Below, piece after piece: positions 25,466 through 38,364 of a stretch of DNA of 64,000 nt. Position numbers and translations under genes: made by a program. The stretch's first letter is position 1, and every line of letters starts with the position of its first letter. The notes beneath the pieces are model-generated. The model did no database searches and was not told the origin of the DNA. It was given only the letters and a program-made list of their open reading frames with translations. Source of the DNA: Mizuhopecten yessoensis (lineage: Eukaryota); contig NW_018404696.1 of NCBI RefSeq assembly GCF_002113885.1, positions 284,651 to 348,650 of the forward strand, given 5' to 3'.

Positions 25466-27190
25466 AGACGCAAGTGCCGTTCCACACAAACACCAGACCC
25501 ATCTGCCAGGTCATCTGGGCGACGCAGCAATCTCCTTGGATCACGCCACAGTGATGACGACGATGATGATGACGATGGTGATGACAGTGTGTTTAGATAT
25601 CCTCCCTCAGTACGTGGCGGCCGTGGCAGTACGCCCAGTAAACGTAAAATAAGGCGTGGTCTAGGGAGCCAGCCCCACACTCCCCATTCAGCACGTCGCT
25701 CACATAGCAGCAGACCTGATCATGATCTGAAGAAAGGTGGCGCTGCTGCAGGATGTGAGTCAGAGAGCGAAGAGTCTGGATATGGTGAGACGTACTATAC
25801 CATGCATGCTTCGAGTTTTGATACAGTCGACGTTTTTGGTTCTCAGACTTTAGATACAATGAGAGGTACACCCAGCCAGTTGTTGCTAGAAGCTGTGTCG
25901 GACGCCGAGTCCACTGGTAGTTATATAATCGGAGATTTTCCACAAATCAACCCAGATGATCTCCAGGATGCGGCATGTCAGACACCTGCCCATGCCCGCA
26001 CACAGACCCCCAGCAACATGTGGGGCGGTAGCTCGCGTAACATCAGTACACAAGTGCCACGCACCATGCAAACCCAAACTGAAAGTCTGCCACAGAACAC
26101 ATCAATGCAGACATCCAACCTGTCTCTTAACTCTGTCGGTAATCAAACCCGGAGGTCCCTTGGAGGCTCCAGGACAGACTTGTTAAAGAGTATACTAATG
26201 GACGTTAAAACCCTCAAGGCCCAGCGGGGTATTGGCTCAGACACCCCAACAGATGATGCACGGTCTGTAGCCTCTAATGGGAGCCTGCCGCGAGAAATGC
26301 TTCAATCTCTGAGCTCTGATGTACGGACACTAAAACATGCAGGCAGTCATGGAGTTGCTGCCACACAAACTCTCTCAGAGCAGGGAACGCAAACTGGAAT
26401 GAAAATATTTCCAGAAGGTGATCCCGTAAGGAACTCACGTCATGGACGTCTTCGTGATCTTATGTCTGATGTTAAAGACATGAAGGATGGGAATGACACT
26501 CGGTCGCAGCACAGTCTTGACATGCCATACGAGAGGAGCAGACCAATGTCAAGTGTAAGTGGGCTTCGTAACTCCCCCGTACGATTTGCCACTCCTGTTC
26601 CTCCACCTTCAAGACAAAATCGTGCTCTACCACCTCATCCTCCTCAAGAGAATGGGTTTGATAATTATGCACCCCCTGCAGGTTACTACCAGCCTATGCC
26701 AGTGCCAATGCCCAACCAGCCAATGGTAAATCTGAATTCCACAGCCCCAGCCACATTTGGACCGATGCCACACATGAACGGTCATCCTCCATACCCTACA
26801 GGAAGAGTCACCCAGGATGATCTTAATGCGATTAGTGACCGAGTTAATCGCTTACGTAACTACCAGATCCCTCCCCGTCGACAGTTACCTCCTCCTCCAC
26901 CCCCTCAGTATGTTGTGCCAGTGTTCTCAGCCCCACCAAGACGTCGTGTACGCATCCAAGAATTCCCCCAATCTTTCGATGACCAACAGGATGGATTTAT
27001 GTCCGACGAAAGTGAATATGATGGAGGTCGTGCTCCGAGGAGGAGGGGTCATGGGAGAGGTCATGGAGTACAGGATCGCTATGGACTAGATGGAGTACTC
27101 TCTGAGGCCAGTGAGGCCGCACGAGAACTCAAAATTCTTTCAAAGAAAATGAGAGATTCTCTTAGAGATGAACTCCTTAACGGTCCGTAA
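25466..27190 (+). CDS. Putative alternative terminal exon: 574-aa disordered Ser/Pro/Arg-rich tail with multiple TQT/QT motifs and a C-terminal amphipathic helix
   Basis: 1.75-kb non-repetitive ORF, GC-richer than its flanks; strong acceptor tcattcctccaatcatctaccctgcag|AGA in phase 0, matching the exon O donor; ends TAA at 27188-27190. Coding status is well supported; linkage to nesprin is inferred. Confidence 0.75.
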   Translation, partial: RRKCRSTQTPDPSARSSGRRSNLLGSRHSDDDDDDDDGDDSVFRYPPSVRGGRGSTPSKRKIRRGLGSQPHTPHSARRSHSSRPDHDLKKGGAAAGCESESEESGYGETYYTMHASSFDTVDVFGSQTLDTMRGTPSQLLLEAVSDAESTGSYIIGDFPQINPDDLQDAACQTPAHARTQTPSNMWGGSSRNISTQVPRTMQTQTESLPQNTSMQTSNLSLNSVGNQTRRSLGGSRTDLLKSILMDVKTLKAQRGIGSDTPTDDARSVASNGSLPREMLQSLSSDVRTLKHAGSHGVAATQTLSEQGTQTGMKIFPEGDPVRNSRHGRLRDLMSDVKDMKDGNDTRSQHSLDMPYERSRPMSSVSGLRNSPVRFATPVPPPSRQNRALPPHPPQENGFDNYAPPAGYYQPMPVPMPNQPMVNLNSTAPATFGPMPHMNGHPPYPTGRVTQDDLNAISDRVNRLRNYQIPPRRQLPPPPPPQYVVPVFSAPPRRRVRIQEFPQSFDDQQDGFMSDESEYDGGRAPRRRGHGRGHGVQDRYGLDGVLSEASEAARELKILSKKMRDSLRDELLNGP

Positions 27191-28002
27191 TACAAAATGT
27201 GTCTTGGCTCTCATCCAAGATTATTCCCCCAATCTTGTGATGTTGAACCACTTCATGTTTAGGAACCAAACTTTTACACAAAATGTATGATTTCCCACAT
27301 ATTTGACCATGAGTGTTTGTTGAGTCTGTAAACCATTCCTATAGGATGTACTTTTTTACTTAAATATTTAAATGATAATGAAATCATTTCTAACAACGAT
27401 TATAGATGTATTATACAATAGTTTTCAAGAGAAGGTAATCTTATATAATTTTTAATAAATTTAATGTGTTTTTCGTCCTATTTTTCAAAGTGAACTGTGA
27501 TACCTATTCCACTGTACGCAACAGTTGTGTGAAATACTGTCCAACATAATGTGTATGTGAATGTCAAAATATTTTCATATCATAAGACTTTTATACCAAT
27601 ACAGGTATTTGTTTTTCCACAAGACGCTTATTTTGTACTAGAAAAAACATTGTTCACAGGGTTTTGTGAGAAAACCTCATTGATATCAGTCTCTAACATA
27701 ACAATAGAAGGGAATGAATCCTTTATGTAATTTCGTTTAAAAGGGTTGGTCATTGAGAAAGCCGAAAGGACCCTTTAAATTGTATGCCATGCTTAGTCTG
27801 CTATAGCACACTATATACATTAATTGTGATCACGTCATTTTTACAAGCCTAATGTCATATTTACCATTATGTTTTGAGAAGGTTTGAATTTTATTCTTCA
27901 ATCAACAATTCTTTTTCTTCATTTTTTTCTTTTGTGAAAATATGATTGATTTTGATAAGATTTTAGATATGTGTATTTGATATGAAGGGTGTTTGTGTGA
28001 TA

Positions 28003-28105
28003 CTGTGCTGGTGTTACATTGCCGTGGCTAAACCTTCATGGCTACACAGGTTTTGTGCTGGTGTTACATTGCAGTGGCTAAACCTTCATGGCTACACAGG
28101 TTTTC
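28003..28105. repeat. About 51-bp tandem duplication
   Basis: tgtgctggtgttacattgc(c/a)gtggctaaaccttcatggctacacaggtttt x2. Confidence 0.9.
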
Positions 28106-28357
28106 TAGTGGGATTTATTTTTTAAATTCATTGTTAACACTACAACTGTTGAGATGCAAAATAAAAGTTGTGTAGTCTGTTTTAAAATTCAATGATGTGT
28201 CAACTGAAAACTTGAACACCACTGTAGACCATAATGGGGTGAAAGGGTTAAGTGTAGCTTATTATGTTTTGGTGATTACTATAATTGGTAAGGAAAACTA
28301 GTGTGGTTACTGTTTCTTACTTGGCAGTTTAGCTAGTTTAATTTGGTGAAATGTTTG

Positions 28358-28590
28358 GTTCCAACTTTGTGGTGTAGCCATATTCTCATTCTGTGATACA
28401 TCTGTTTCCAACTTTGTGGTGTAGCCATATTCTCATTCTGTGATATATTTGTTTCCAACTTTGTGGTGTAGCCATATCCTCATTCTGTGATATATCTGTT
28501 TCCAACTTTGTGGTGTAGCCATATTCTCATTCTGTGATATATTTGTTTCCAACTTTATGGTGTAGCCATATCCTAACTCTGTGATATATT
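28358..28590. repeat. 47-bp minisatellite x5
   Basis: ttccaactttgtggtgtagccatattctcattctgtgatatat... repeated. Confidence 0.92.
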
Positions 28591-30465
28591 TTATTCCTAC
28601 TCGTTGATTAAGCCATATTGTAATTGATCATCACATTCTGTGATAGTGTTTTTAACTGTCCTTTTAGGTGCTTGTTCTAATTTTATTGTTTCACATTGCA
28701 AAGAAGAATAAATTTTTATACTATTTTTATCAAATTCAAAGAAAGGTTATAAAGCTCGAAAACTTAACTTTCTTGATGGTTGTTGATTGTCATTTATATT
28801 TTATCAAATATTTTAAATGATCCAATAGAATCCTGAGAAGACACTGTCTGGTGACACTGACCTCTGACCTCCAGTTGATAGGATATTTAGTCAGTTTGAT
28901 CAAGCCGTGGATCTTGAAAGATCAATATATGGTGGAGTTGTTTTTGTCAGCAGGGTTAAAGATATACATGTACGTTAACATTGAATTCCTATTGGCTAGT
29001 TTGTATAGGGTGTAGTCGTAGTGGTGGACAGAAACACGTAGGTCACCTGATCACTTAGGGTTTTTTGTGATGTTAATTATTTTTATGTGATAACAGTATT
29101 TATTTGTTTACAAACAAGATCTGAATTTATATTTATCAAAAGGCTATTGTTTTTAAGTTGTTTTAACTTGATAACTTAAACTATACAAGTATTTTTTATT
29201 GAGCATTTTAAAACCCTGCTATGGTTTATGAATTTTAATGAATAGCATTGCATTAAGGATATTTACACTTCCTACAGATCAGCCTTTATTGTTTTTCCAT
29301 TGTATTTTTATAACCTTACCCGTACTGGTTATATAAAGGACATTTCTGGCTGCCAGGATAGCTTTATATCAAATGTATGTGCCCTGAGGTTTATTATTTC
29401 ACTGCCATTTCTGTCCAACAGGTTCTGTGAAGCCGTCATTAGGCTGCAGTGTTAATGATAGATCATTATGTAATTATTGATAGTGTTAGGTTTATAATCA
29501 AACAAAAACACAGCCCACAGCTTTAGATATTGGCCAGATATTAACCCGCCATTGCTGGTAGCTGGTAGGTAAATGTCATCAACCTTTTGATGATTGGGCA
29601 GAACTGTCAGTGTGGAGGATATCAGGGTTTTGTTTAAATGGATCTTACTGATGGGTCATGTAGAAACGATTGTGTATTTATTGTATTTTTCCAGTAAGAT
29701 GTAATATTCTGTAGCTGTCACTGTAGTGAATGCTAGTTCTGTGACACACATGTCATCAATGAATGTAACATTGTTCTTATGAACAGGTGTATATTTGTGT
29801 ATTGAAGTTGAAAGGGTGTTTAGAATTGTCATAAATGTTTTGGTAAGAGGACTTTTTTGGAGTCAGTTAGAGATGTTTTATATTAAAAAATAGATCTTTT
29901 GGAGAGTAAATGTATTAATGCGTTCCTGTAGTTACAACTCAGAAACTGTAGTTATTTAATAGCAAAAAAATAACCATTTTGATTGTGTATTACTAATTTA
30001 TTATTTATTCATTTCTGTGATTATATACATCATTCCAAACTCCTAGGCATAGAAATGCTTGATTTTTTTCAAATATGTTTTTACAAGGTGATTTCAACAT
30101 CCAATAAGTAAAGGCTGTTTGATATTTACATTCTAGAGAATAACTTCACATTTATTTATCCTGCCTGTAATCATATATGTGTATTTCAGTTACAAATATA
30201 TCCTAGATATATTTAGAATTTTTCATAAATTAAAAAGAAATCTTATTTATTGTGTCAGATAGATGTTAAGCTATAATGAACAGTTTTGGTTATTGTGTCA
30301 GATGATATTTGTGCCTTTAACTGAATGCCTTTACAAGTTATTTTCACTAAGCAGCTGTTAGTTTACCTAACCATATCTATCTATATAAATTCCGTCCTTA
30401 CTGGGTACTAGTTGTCTGGGGCAGTTTGTGTCTGCCTGTGAACAGTGTTAGGAAAGATTGTTATG

Positions 30466-30530
30466 AATAAAAAAGATATTATCAAGTTTTGAAGTGCTTT
30501 GTCTTTATTAAGAGTGACTTGTGTCTTTTG
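30466..30530 (+). terminator. Candidate polyadenylation signal
   Basis: AATAAA at 30466-30471 followed about 20-60 nt later by GU/U-rich gtgctttgtcttt...ttgtgtcttttgt. Confidence 0.45.
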
Positions 30531-31133
30531 TAGAAATCTATCAACCAGCCAGTTATCCAATCAGATCACTATACATATAGCTACTTTCTCTCTATAAACT
30601 GCAATATATTCACCCTTACTTATTTATATTCTGGCCATTTCAAATATAATCAAATGGTAACGATTCTACGATTTTAAATTGTATAAATGTTCATAGATAA
30701 AAACAAATTCATGTTTGAATTGCACTGCAATTCAAGAGCAAATGGGGACAAAAAGTTGCCTGTTTTACAATAATCATGTGAGCATTACCAGCCAATCAGC
30801 TAGCCAGCCAATCAGGTATCTAGCATTCCTCTGTGGATGTCTAAAAGTATGTTTTATCCTGCCTTGGTTTCACAATCATATTGATATCTATGAATTGTAA
30901 TTAATTGTGAACTGATATTTTTTCGATAAGATTGTGAAATTATGGCATGACAACAAGCCTATGAATTGATCAGACGAAGAGATATATTTCAAGAAACCGA
31001 TGTTGTAGTTGAGCCTTTGTCACAACACTGCTGAACAAAGTACTACAACAGTAAGTGACTTTATTTGTCACTGGACACAATCTCCGTGGATCTACCTGAC
31101 GTAGTGATTCATATCCATAACCATGTCCTGTCT

Positions 31134-32667
31134 GTACAGGTCTAATGATGGACATTCATTGAACAGGTCTAATGATGGACATTTATTGAACAGGTCTAAT
31201 GATGAACATTCATTGAACAGGTCTAATGATGGACATTCATTGAACAGGTCTAATGATGGACATTTATTGAACAGGTCTAATGATGGACATTCATTAACAG
31301 GTCTAATGATGGACATTCATTAACAGGTCTAATGATGGACTTTCATTGAACAGGTCTAATGATGGACATTTATTGAACAGGTCTAATGATGGACATTTAT
31401 TGAACAGGTCTTATGATGGACATTTATTGAACAGGTCTAATGATGGACATTCATTGAACAGGTCTAATGATGGACATTTATTGAACAGGTCTAATGATGG
31501 ACATTCATTGAACAGGTCTAATGATGGACATTTATTGAACAGGTCTAATGATGGACATTCATTGAACAGGTCTAATGATGGACATTTATTGAACAGGTCT
31601 AATGATGGACATTCATTGAACAGGTCTAATGATGGACATTTATTGAACAGGTCTAATGATGGACATTCATTGAACAGGTCTAATGATGGACATTTATTGA
31701 ACAGGTCTAATGATGGACATTCATTAACAGGTCTAATGATGGACATTCATTAACAGGTCTAATGATGGACTTTCATTGAACAGGTCTAATGATGGACATT
31801 TATTGAACAGGTCTAATGATGGACATTCATTGAACAGGTCTAATGATGGACATTCATTGAACAGGTCTAATGATGGACATTCATTGAACAGGTCTAATGA
31901 TGGACATTCATTGAACAGGTCTAATGATGGACATTCATTGAACAGGTCTAATGATGGACTTTTATTGAACAGGTCTAATAATGGACATTTATTGAACAGG
32001 TCTTATGATGGACTTTCATTGAACAGGTCTAATGATGGACATTTATTGAACAGATCTTATGATGGACATTCATTGAACAGGTCTAATGATGGACATTCAT
32101 TGAACAGGTCTTATGATGGACATTTATTGGACAGGTCTAATGATGGACATTTATTGTACAGGTCTAATGATGGACATTTATTGAACAGGTCTAATGATGG
32201 ATATCATTGAACAGGTGTAATGATGGACATTCATTGAACAGGTCTAATGATAGACATTTATTAAACAGGTCTAATGATGGACATTCATTGAACAGGTCTA
32301 ATAATGGACATTTATTGAACAGGTCTAATGATGAACATTCATTGAACAGGTCTAATGATGGACATTTATTGAACAGGTCTAATGATGGATATCATTGAAC
32401 AGGTCTAATGATGGACATTCATTGAACAGGTCTAATGATAGACATTTATTGAACAGGTCTAATGATGGACATTCATTGAACAGGTCTAATAATGGACATT
32501 TATTGAACAGGTCTGATGATGGACATTCATTGAACAGGTCTAATGATGGACATTTATTGAACAGGTCTAATGATGGACATTCATTCATATCTTATACATT
32601 AAATCTCCCATTGAACAGGTCTGATGATGGACATTCATTGAACAGGTCTAATGATGGACATTTATTG
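31134..32667. repeat. 27-bp minisatellite (AACAGGTCTAATGATGGACATT(C/T)ATTG)n
   Basis: About 55 near-identical copies. Confidence 0.97.
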
Positions 32668-32984
32668 AGATTAAATTCTCAGGCTAGTTTTTTTTAATGT
32701 TTGCATGACATGAACCAACTTCAAAGTTAGTATGACAGAAAGTTATAGGAAGTTAATAGTCACCTGTATGAACATTTTTTTCGACGTGAACCTTTGAAAT
32801 TGTTTTTGGATTTCATTGCATCAAAGATTTTGTGAATTGATTCACAAAACAGTTTCTGCAAAGTACAAACTTTGTTATAAAATTAATAGATTAATACAAT
32901 GGAACCATATCATTATATTTGCTTTGTATAGTAAAAAAATGGCTACACGCTTCATATGTTTACACCTCTCAGTTTACATCAAAG

Positions 32985-34888
32985 TATCATATCTCACATC
33001 ATATCTTATGCATCAAATCTCACATCATATCTTATACATCAAATCTCACAGCATATCTTATGCATCAAATCTCACATCATATCTTATACATCAAATCTCA
33101 CAGCATATCTTATGCATCAAATCTCACAGCATAACTTATACATTAAATCTTACATTATATCTTATACATTAAATCTTACATCATATCTTATACATTAAAT
33201 CTCCCATTACAATTATATATCTCAGTTTACATCAATTAAAGTATATCTCACAGCATATCTTATGCATCAAATCTCACAGCATATCTTATGTATCAAATCT
33301 CACAGCATATCTTATGCATCAAATCTCACATCATATCTTATACATTAAATCTCCCATTACAATTATATATCTCAGTTTCCACCAATTAAAGTATATCTCA
33401 CAGCATATCTTATGCATCGAATATCACAGCATATATTATACATCAAGTCTCACAGCATATCTTATGCATCGAATATCACAGCATATCTTATACCTCAAAT
33501 CTCACAGCATAACTTATACATTAAATCTTACATCATATCTTATACAGTAAATCTCCCATTACAATTATATATCTCAGTTTACATCAATTAAAGTATATCT
33601 CACAGCATATCTTAAACATCAAATCTCACAGCGTATCTTATGCATCAAATATCACAGCATATCTTATACATCAAATCTCACAGCATATCTTATGCATCAA
33701 ATATCACAGCATATATTATACATCAAATCTCACAGCATATCTTATACATCAAATCTCACAGCATATCTGATACGTCAAATCTCACAGCATATCTTATACA
33801 TCAAATCTCACAGCATATCTTATACATCAAATCTCACAGCATATCTTATACATCAAATCTCACAGCATATCTTATACATCAAATCTCACAGCATATCTTA
33901 TACATCAAATCTCACAGCATATCTTATACATCAAATCTCACAGCATATCTTATACATCAAATCTCACAGCATATCTTATACATCAAATCTCACAGCATAT
34001 CTTATACATCAAATCTCACAGCATATCTTATACATCAAATCTCACAGCATATCTTATACATCAAATCTCACAGCATATCTTATACATCAAATCTCACAGC
34101 ATATCTTATACATCAAATCTCACAGCATATCTTATACATCAAATCTCACAGCATATCTTATACATCAAATCTCACAGCATATCTTATACATCAGATCTCA
34201 CAGCATATCTTATATACATCAGATCTCACAGCATATCTTATATACATCAGATCTCACAGCATATCTTATATACATCAGATCTCACAGTATATCTTATATA
34301 CATCAGATCTCACAGTATATCTGATATACATCAGATCTCACAGTATATCCTATACATCAGATCTCACAGCATATCTTATACATCAGATCTCACAGCATAT
34401 CTTATATACATCAGATCTCACAGCATATCTGATATACATCAGATCTCACAGTATATCTTCTATACATCAGATCTCACAGCATATCTTATACATCAGATCT
34501 CACAGCATATCTTATATACATCAGATCTCACAGCATATCTGATATACATCAGATCTCACAGTATATCTTATATACATCAGATCTCACAGCATATCTTATA
34601 CATCAGATCTCACAGCATATCTTATATACATCAGATCTCACAGCATATCTTATATACATCAGATCTCACAGCATATCTTATATACATCAGATCTCACAGC
34701 ATATCTGATATACATCAGATCTCACAGTATATCTTATATACATCAGATCTCACAGCATATCTTATACATCAGATCTCACAGCATATCTTATATACATCAG
34801 ATCTCACAGCATATCTTATATACATCAGATCTCACAGCATATCTTATATACATCAGATCTCACAGCATATCTGATATACATCAGATCT
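32985..34888. repeat. 26-bp minisatellite (CATCAAATCTCACAGCATATCTTATA)n grading into a 28-bp variant
   Basis: Unit changes to CATCAGATCTCACAGCATATCTTATATA after about 34190. Confidence 0.97.
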
Positions 34889-35282
34889 CCCGTTACAATC
34901 TCTCAGCTGCCTCAAGAATAACAGGGAAATCAAAGGTTGATTTGATATTGTTCCGTATTTGATCAAACTGATTTGGCAATATCAAATATGGTTTTCACAT
35001 AGAAAATGATAAAACGATGGATTTCACATAGAAAATAATAAAAATGTGTGTTAAAATGTTGCTGCAATTATTTATTTTCCATCACAACCATCCTATTTTT
35101 TAGTTTGCACACACTAACATTATCTAGGTCCAGCACGAATCTAATCTAACAAAATTCACATGTGTTTGTACAGTATCATGTATCAGGGTGTATACTTAGT
35201 GTGGAATTAACTACAAACAGTTGACATTGTTATTGAACAGAATATGTGATCACCCACTTTTTGAAAATGAAACTTTAAGCAA

Positions 35283-36525
35283 GGGTCTGTACAAGGCTAC
35301 TCTAGACCTGTTGCTGACGGGTACAATCTTCTGTCAGGTGACTGTACCAGATCAGGCTACTCTCGACCTGTTGCTGACAGGTACAATCTTCTGTCAGGTG
35401 ACTGTACCAGATCAGGCTACTCTAGACCTGTTGCTGACAGGTACAATCTTCTGTCAGAGTCTGTACAAGGCTACTCTAGACCTGTTGCTGACGGGTACAA
35501 TCTTCTGTCAGGTGACTGTACCAGATCAGGCTACTCTCGACCTGTTGCTGACAGGTACAATCTTCTGTCAGGTGACTGTACCAGATCAGGCTACTCTAGA
35601 CCTGTTGCTGACAGGTACAATCTTCTGTCAGAGTCTGTACAAGGCTACTCTAGACCTGTTGCTGACAGGTACAATCTTCTGTCAGAGTCTGTACCAGGCT
35701 ACTCTAGACCTGTTGCTGACAGGTACAATCTTCTGTCAGAGTCTGTACCAGGCTACTCTAGACCTGTTGCTGACAGGTACAATCTTCTGTCAGAGTCTGT
35801 ACCAGGCTACTCTAGACCTGTTGCTGACAGGTACAATCTTCTGTCAGAGTCTGTACCAGGCTACTCTAGACCTGTTGCTGACAGGTACAATCTTCTGTCA
35901 GAGTCTGTACCAGGCTACTCTAGACCTGTTGCTGACAGGTACAATCTTCTGTCAGAGTCTGTACCAGGCTACTCTAGACCTGTTGCTGACAGGTACAATC
36001 TTCTGTCAGAGTCTGTACCAGGCTACTCTAGACCTGTTGCTGACAGGTACAATCTTCTGTCAGAGTCTGTACCAGGCTACTCTAGACCTGTTGCTGACAG
36101 GTACAATCTTCTGTCAGAGTCTGTACCAGGCTACTCTAGACCTGTTGCTGACAGGTACAATCTTCTGTCAGGGTCTGTACCAGGCTACTCTAGACCTGTT
36201 GCTGACAGGTACAATCTTCTGTCAGGGGTCTGTACCAGGATACTCTAGACCTATGTTGCTGACAGGTACAATCTTCTGTCAGGGGTCTGTACCAGGCTAC
36301 TCTAGACCTGTTGCTGACAGGTACAATCTCCTGTCAGTGGTCTGTACCAGGCTAATCTAGACCTGTTGATGACAGGTACAATCTTCTGTCAGGGGTCTGT
36401 ACCAGGCTAATCTAGACCTGTTGCTGACAGGTACAATCTTCTGTCCGGGATCTGTACCAGATCAGGCTACTCTAAACGGGTTGCTGACAGGTACAGTCTC
36501 CTGTCAGGGGTCTGTACCAGATCGG
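35283..36525. repeat. 54-bp (with 60-bp variants) minisatellite containing a CTGACAG...CTGTCAG inverted repeat
   Basis: (CTGTACCAGGCTACTCTAGACCTGTTGCTGACAGGTACAATCTTCTGTCAGAGT)n. Confidence 0.97.
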
Positions 36526-36802
36526 GCTATCTGTATTATGGAAGGTGACCTATATATCCCATTCAATCTAATTTGGCTGTTATCTTGTATGTGCAAACAT
36601 TTTTCATATTATGCCTTTGTCATCATTTCACAAAAATCTGCACTTGTTTTATTATTTCTGATGTGGTGGGCAGTTGTCCTCTTATTGCCTGCATGTTAGC
36701 TGAGGTATATTTGAGAGGAGGATATCTGCCTCATAATTTGTTATAATCGTTAATATATGAGACATGAGAATGCTGTCTTGAACATGTCAAAATAGATCCA
36801 AT

Positions 36803-37250
36803 TTCTTCTTCTTCTTCTGGTTCTTCTAATCGCAACTTGTCCGGGCCATAACTTTTAAACCGTTAAAGATATCTTGATGGAACTTTAGGTATGAATGCAT
36901 CGCCCACAGAAGGTGTGCAGTGCACTAGAATTAGGTCACTGTGACTTTCAACTCAAGGCAAAGGTCAAATAGGTGCAACATTTTCAGAAAATTCTTGTCC
37001 AGCCCTTAGATATTAAACCGTTAAAGATATCTTGATCAAACTTGAAGTATACTTGCATCACCCACAGAAGGTGTGCAGTGCACTGGAATTAGGTCACGTG
37101 CTTCACTCTGTACTAAATTATGTCCCTTTGTTTAATTTTAATACCGAAGGTTTTCCAGATCATAAGTTCCATGTTATTTCACCTACGTTGACCAAACTTA
37201 CCATATTTATGTATCTTGGGAAGGCGAAATCTCACGCACTCAAATCAGGT
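36803..37250 (+). mobile_element. Non-autonomous interspersed element remnant with a (CTT)n head and two internal related units
   Basis: cttcttcttcttctgg...cttgtccgggccataact; duplicated aaaccgttaaagatatcttgat...cccacagaaggtgtgcagtgcact. Confidence 0.45.
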
Positions 37251-37965
37251 TAAATTTGCTGTCACAGACAGGTTATATTTGGTATCACAGACATATAATA
37301 TTTGCTATCACAGACAGGTGATTTTTGCTATCAAAGACAGGTTAATATTTGCTGTCAAAGACAGGTAAATATTTGCTGTCACAGACAGATTATATTTGCT
37401 ATCACAGACAGGTTATATTTGTTATCACAGACAGGCAATATATGCTATCACAGACAGGTTATATTTGTTATCACATACAGATAATATATGCTATCACAGA
37501 CAGGTAATATTTAGTATTACAAACAGGTAATATTTGCTATCATAGACAGGTTATATTTGCTATTACAGACAAGTGATATTTGCTTTTACAGGCAGGTAAT
37601 ATTTGCTATTACAGACAGGCAATATATTCTATTACAGACAGGCAATATATGCTATCACAGACAGGCAATATATGCTATCACAGACAGGCAATATATGCTA
37701 TCACAGACAAGCAATATATGTTATCACAGACAGGCAATATATTCTATTACAGACAGGTAATATTTTCTATTACAGACAGGTAATATATGCTATCAAAGAC
37801 AGGCAATATATGCTATTACAGACAGGCAATATCTGCTATCACAGACAGGCAATATCTGCTATTACAGACAGGCAATATATGTTATTACAGACAGGCAATA
37901 TATGCTATCACAGACAGGCAATATATGCTATCACAGACAGGCAATATATGCTATTACAGACAGGT
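37250..37965. repeat. 23-bp minisatellite (TATCACAGACAGGCAATATATGC)n
   Basis: About 30 copies. Confidence 0.95.
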
Positions 37966-38364
37966 GTACCAGATAATTCGTATCAGTGTTGATGTGGCCT
38001 GGCCATATTGTATACCTGGTATGGTAAGATACCCTGACAATAATAAGGTGTTAGATACCTTTACAAGCCCTTGAGATGTGTGCGGTACCTGTTGCCAAGA
38101 AACTTCCGTCGCTGTTTGTGCCAGATGAGATATAAGGCATCGCTACAGGTATCTCACAGGAAGGTGTAAGAATGATGGACAGATTGGAGGGCTACCTCAC
38201 TGATAAACATGTGTACCTGTTCGTGTGTGGGCGGTTACCTGAGAGGTTTGTGATTAAGTTGTCTGTGATGATGCTGTATTATCTGTCCAGGTGATCTGTA
38301 AGGTGAGACTAAGGACTAATACACATCGCATTCTCACCTTTAAGATGTATGTATAGGAACGAAA

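Larger units (their letters stand above)
27191..30490 (+). other. Probable long 3' UTR of the terminal exon
   Basis: AT/U-rich and nearly free of large repeats; AATAAA at 27454, 28707 and 30466. Confidence 0.45.

Noticed and set aside
31092-38074. Repetitive ORFs (NRSNDGHLL, HQISQHILY, SLYQATLDLLLTGTIFCQ, ITDRQY)
   Set aside because: Products of 27-, 26-, 54- and 23-bp arrays; frames break wherever unit length changes.
38172-38294. 40-aa ORF MMDRLEGYLTDK... as another first exon
   Set aside because: Its only plausible donor (ccag|gtgatc) is weak and phase 2, incompatible with exon Q; no recognisable motif.
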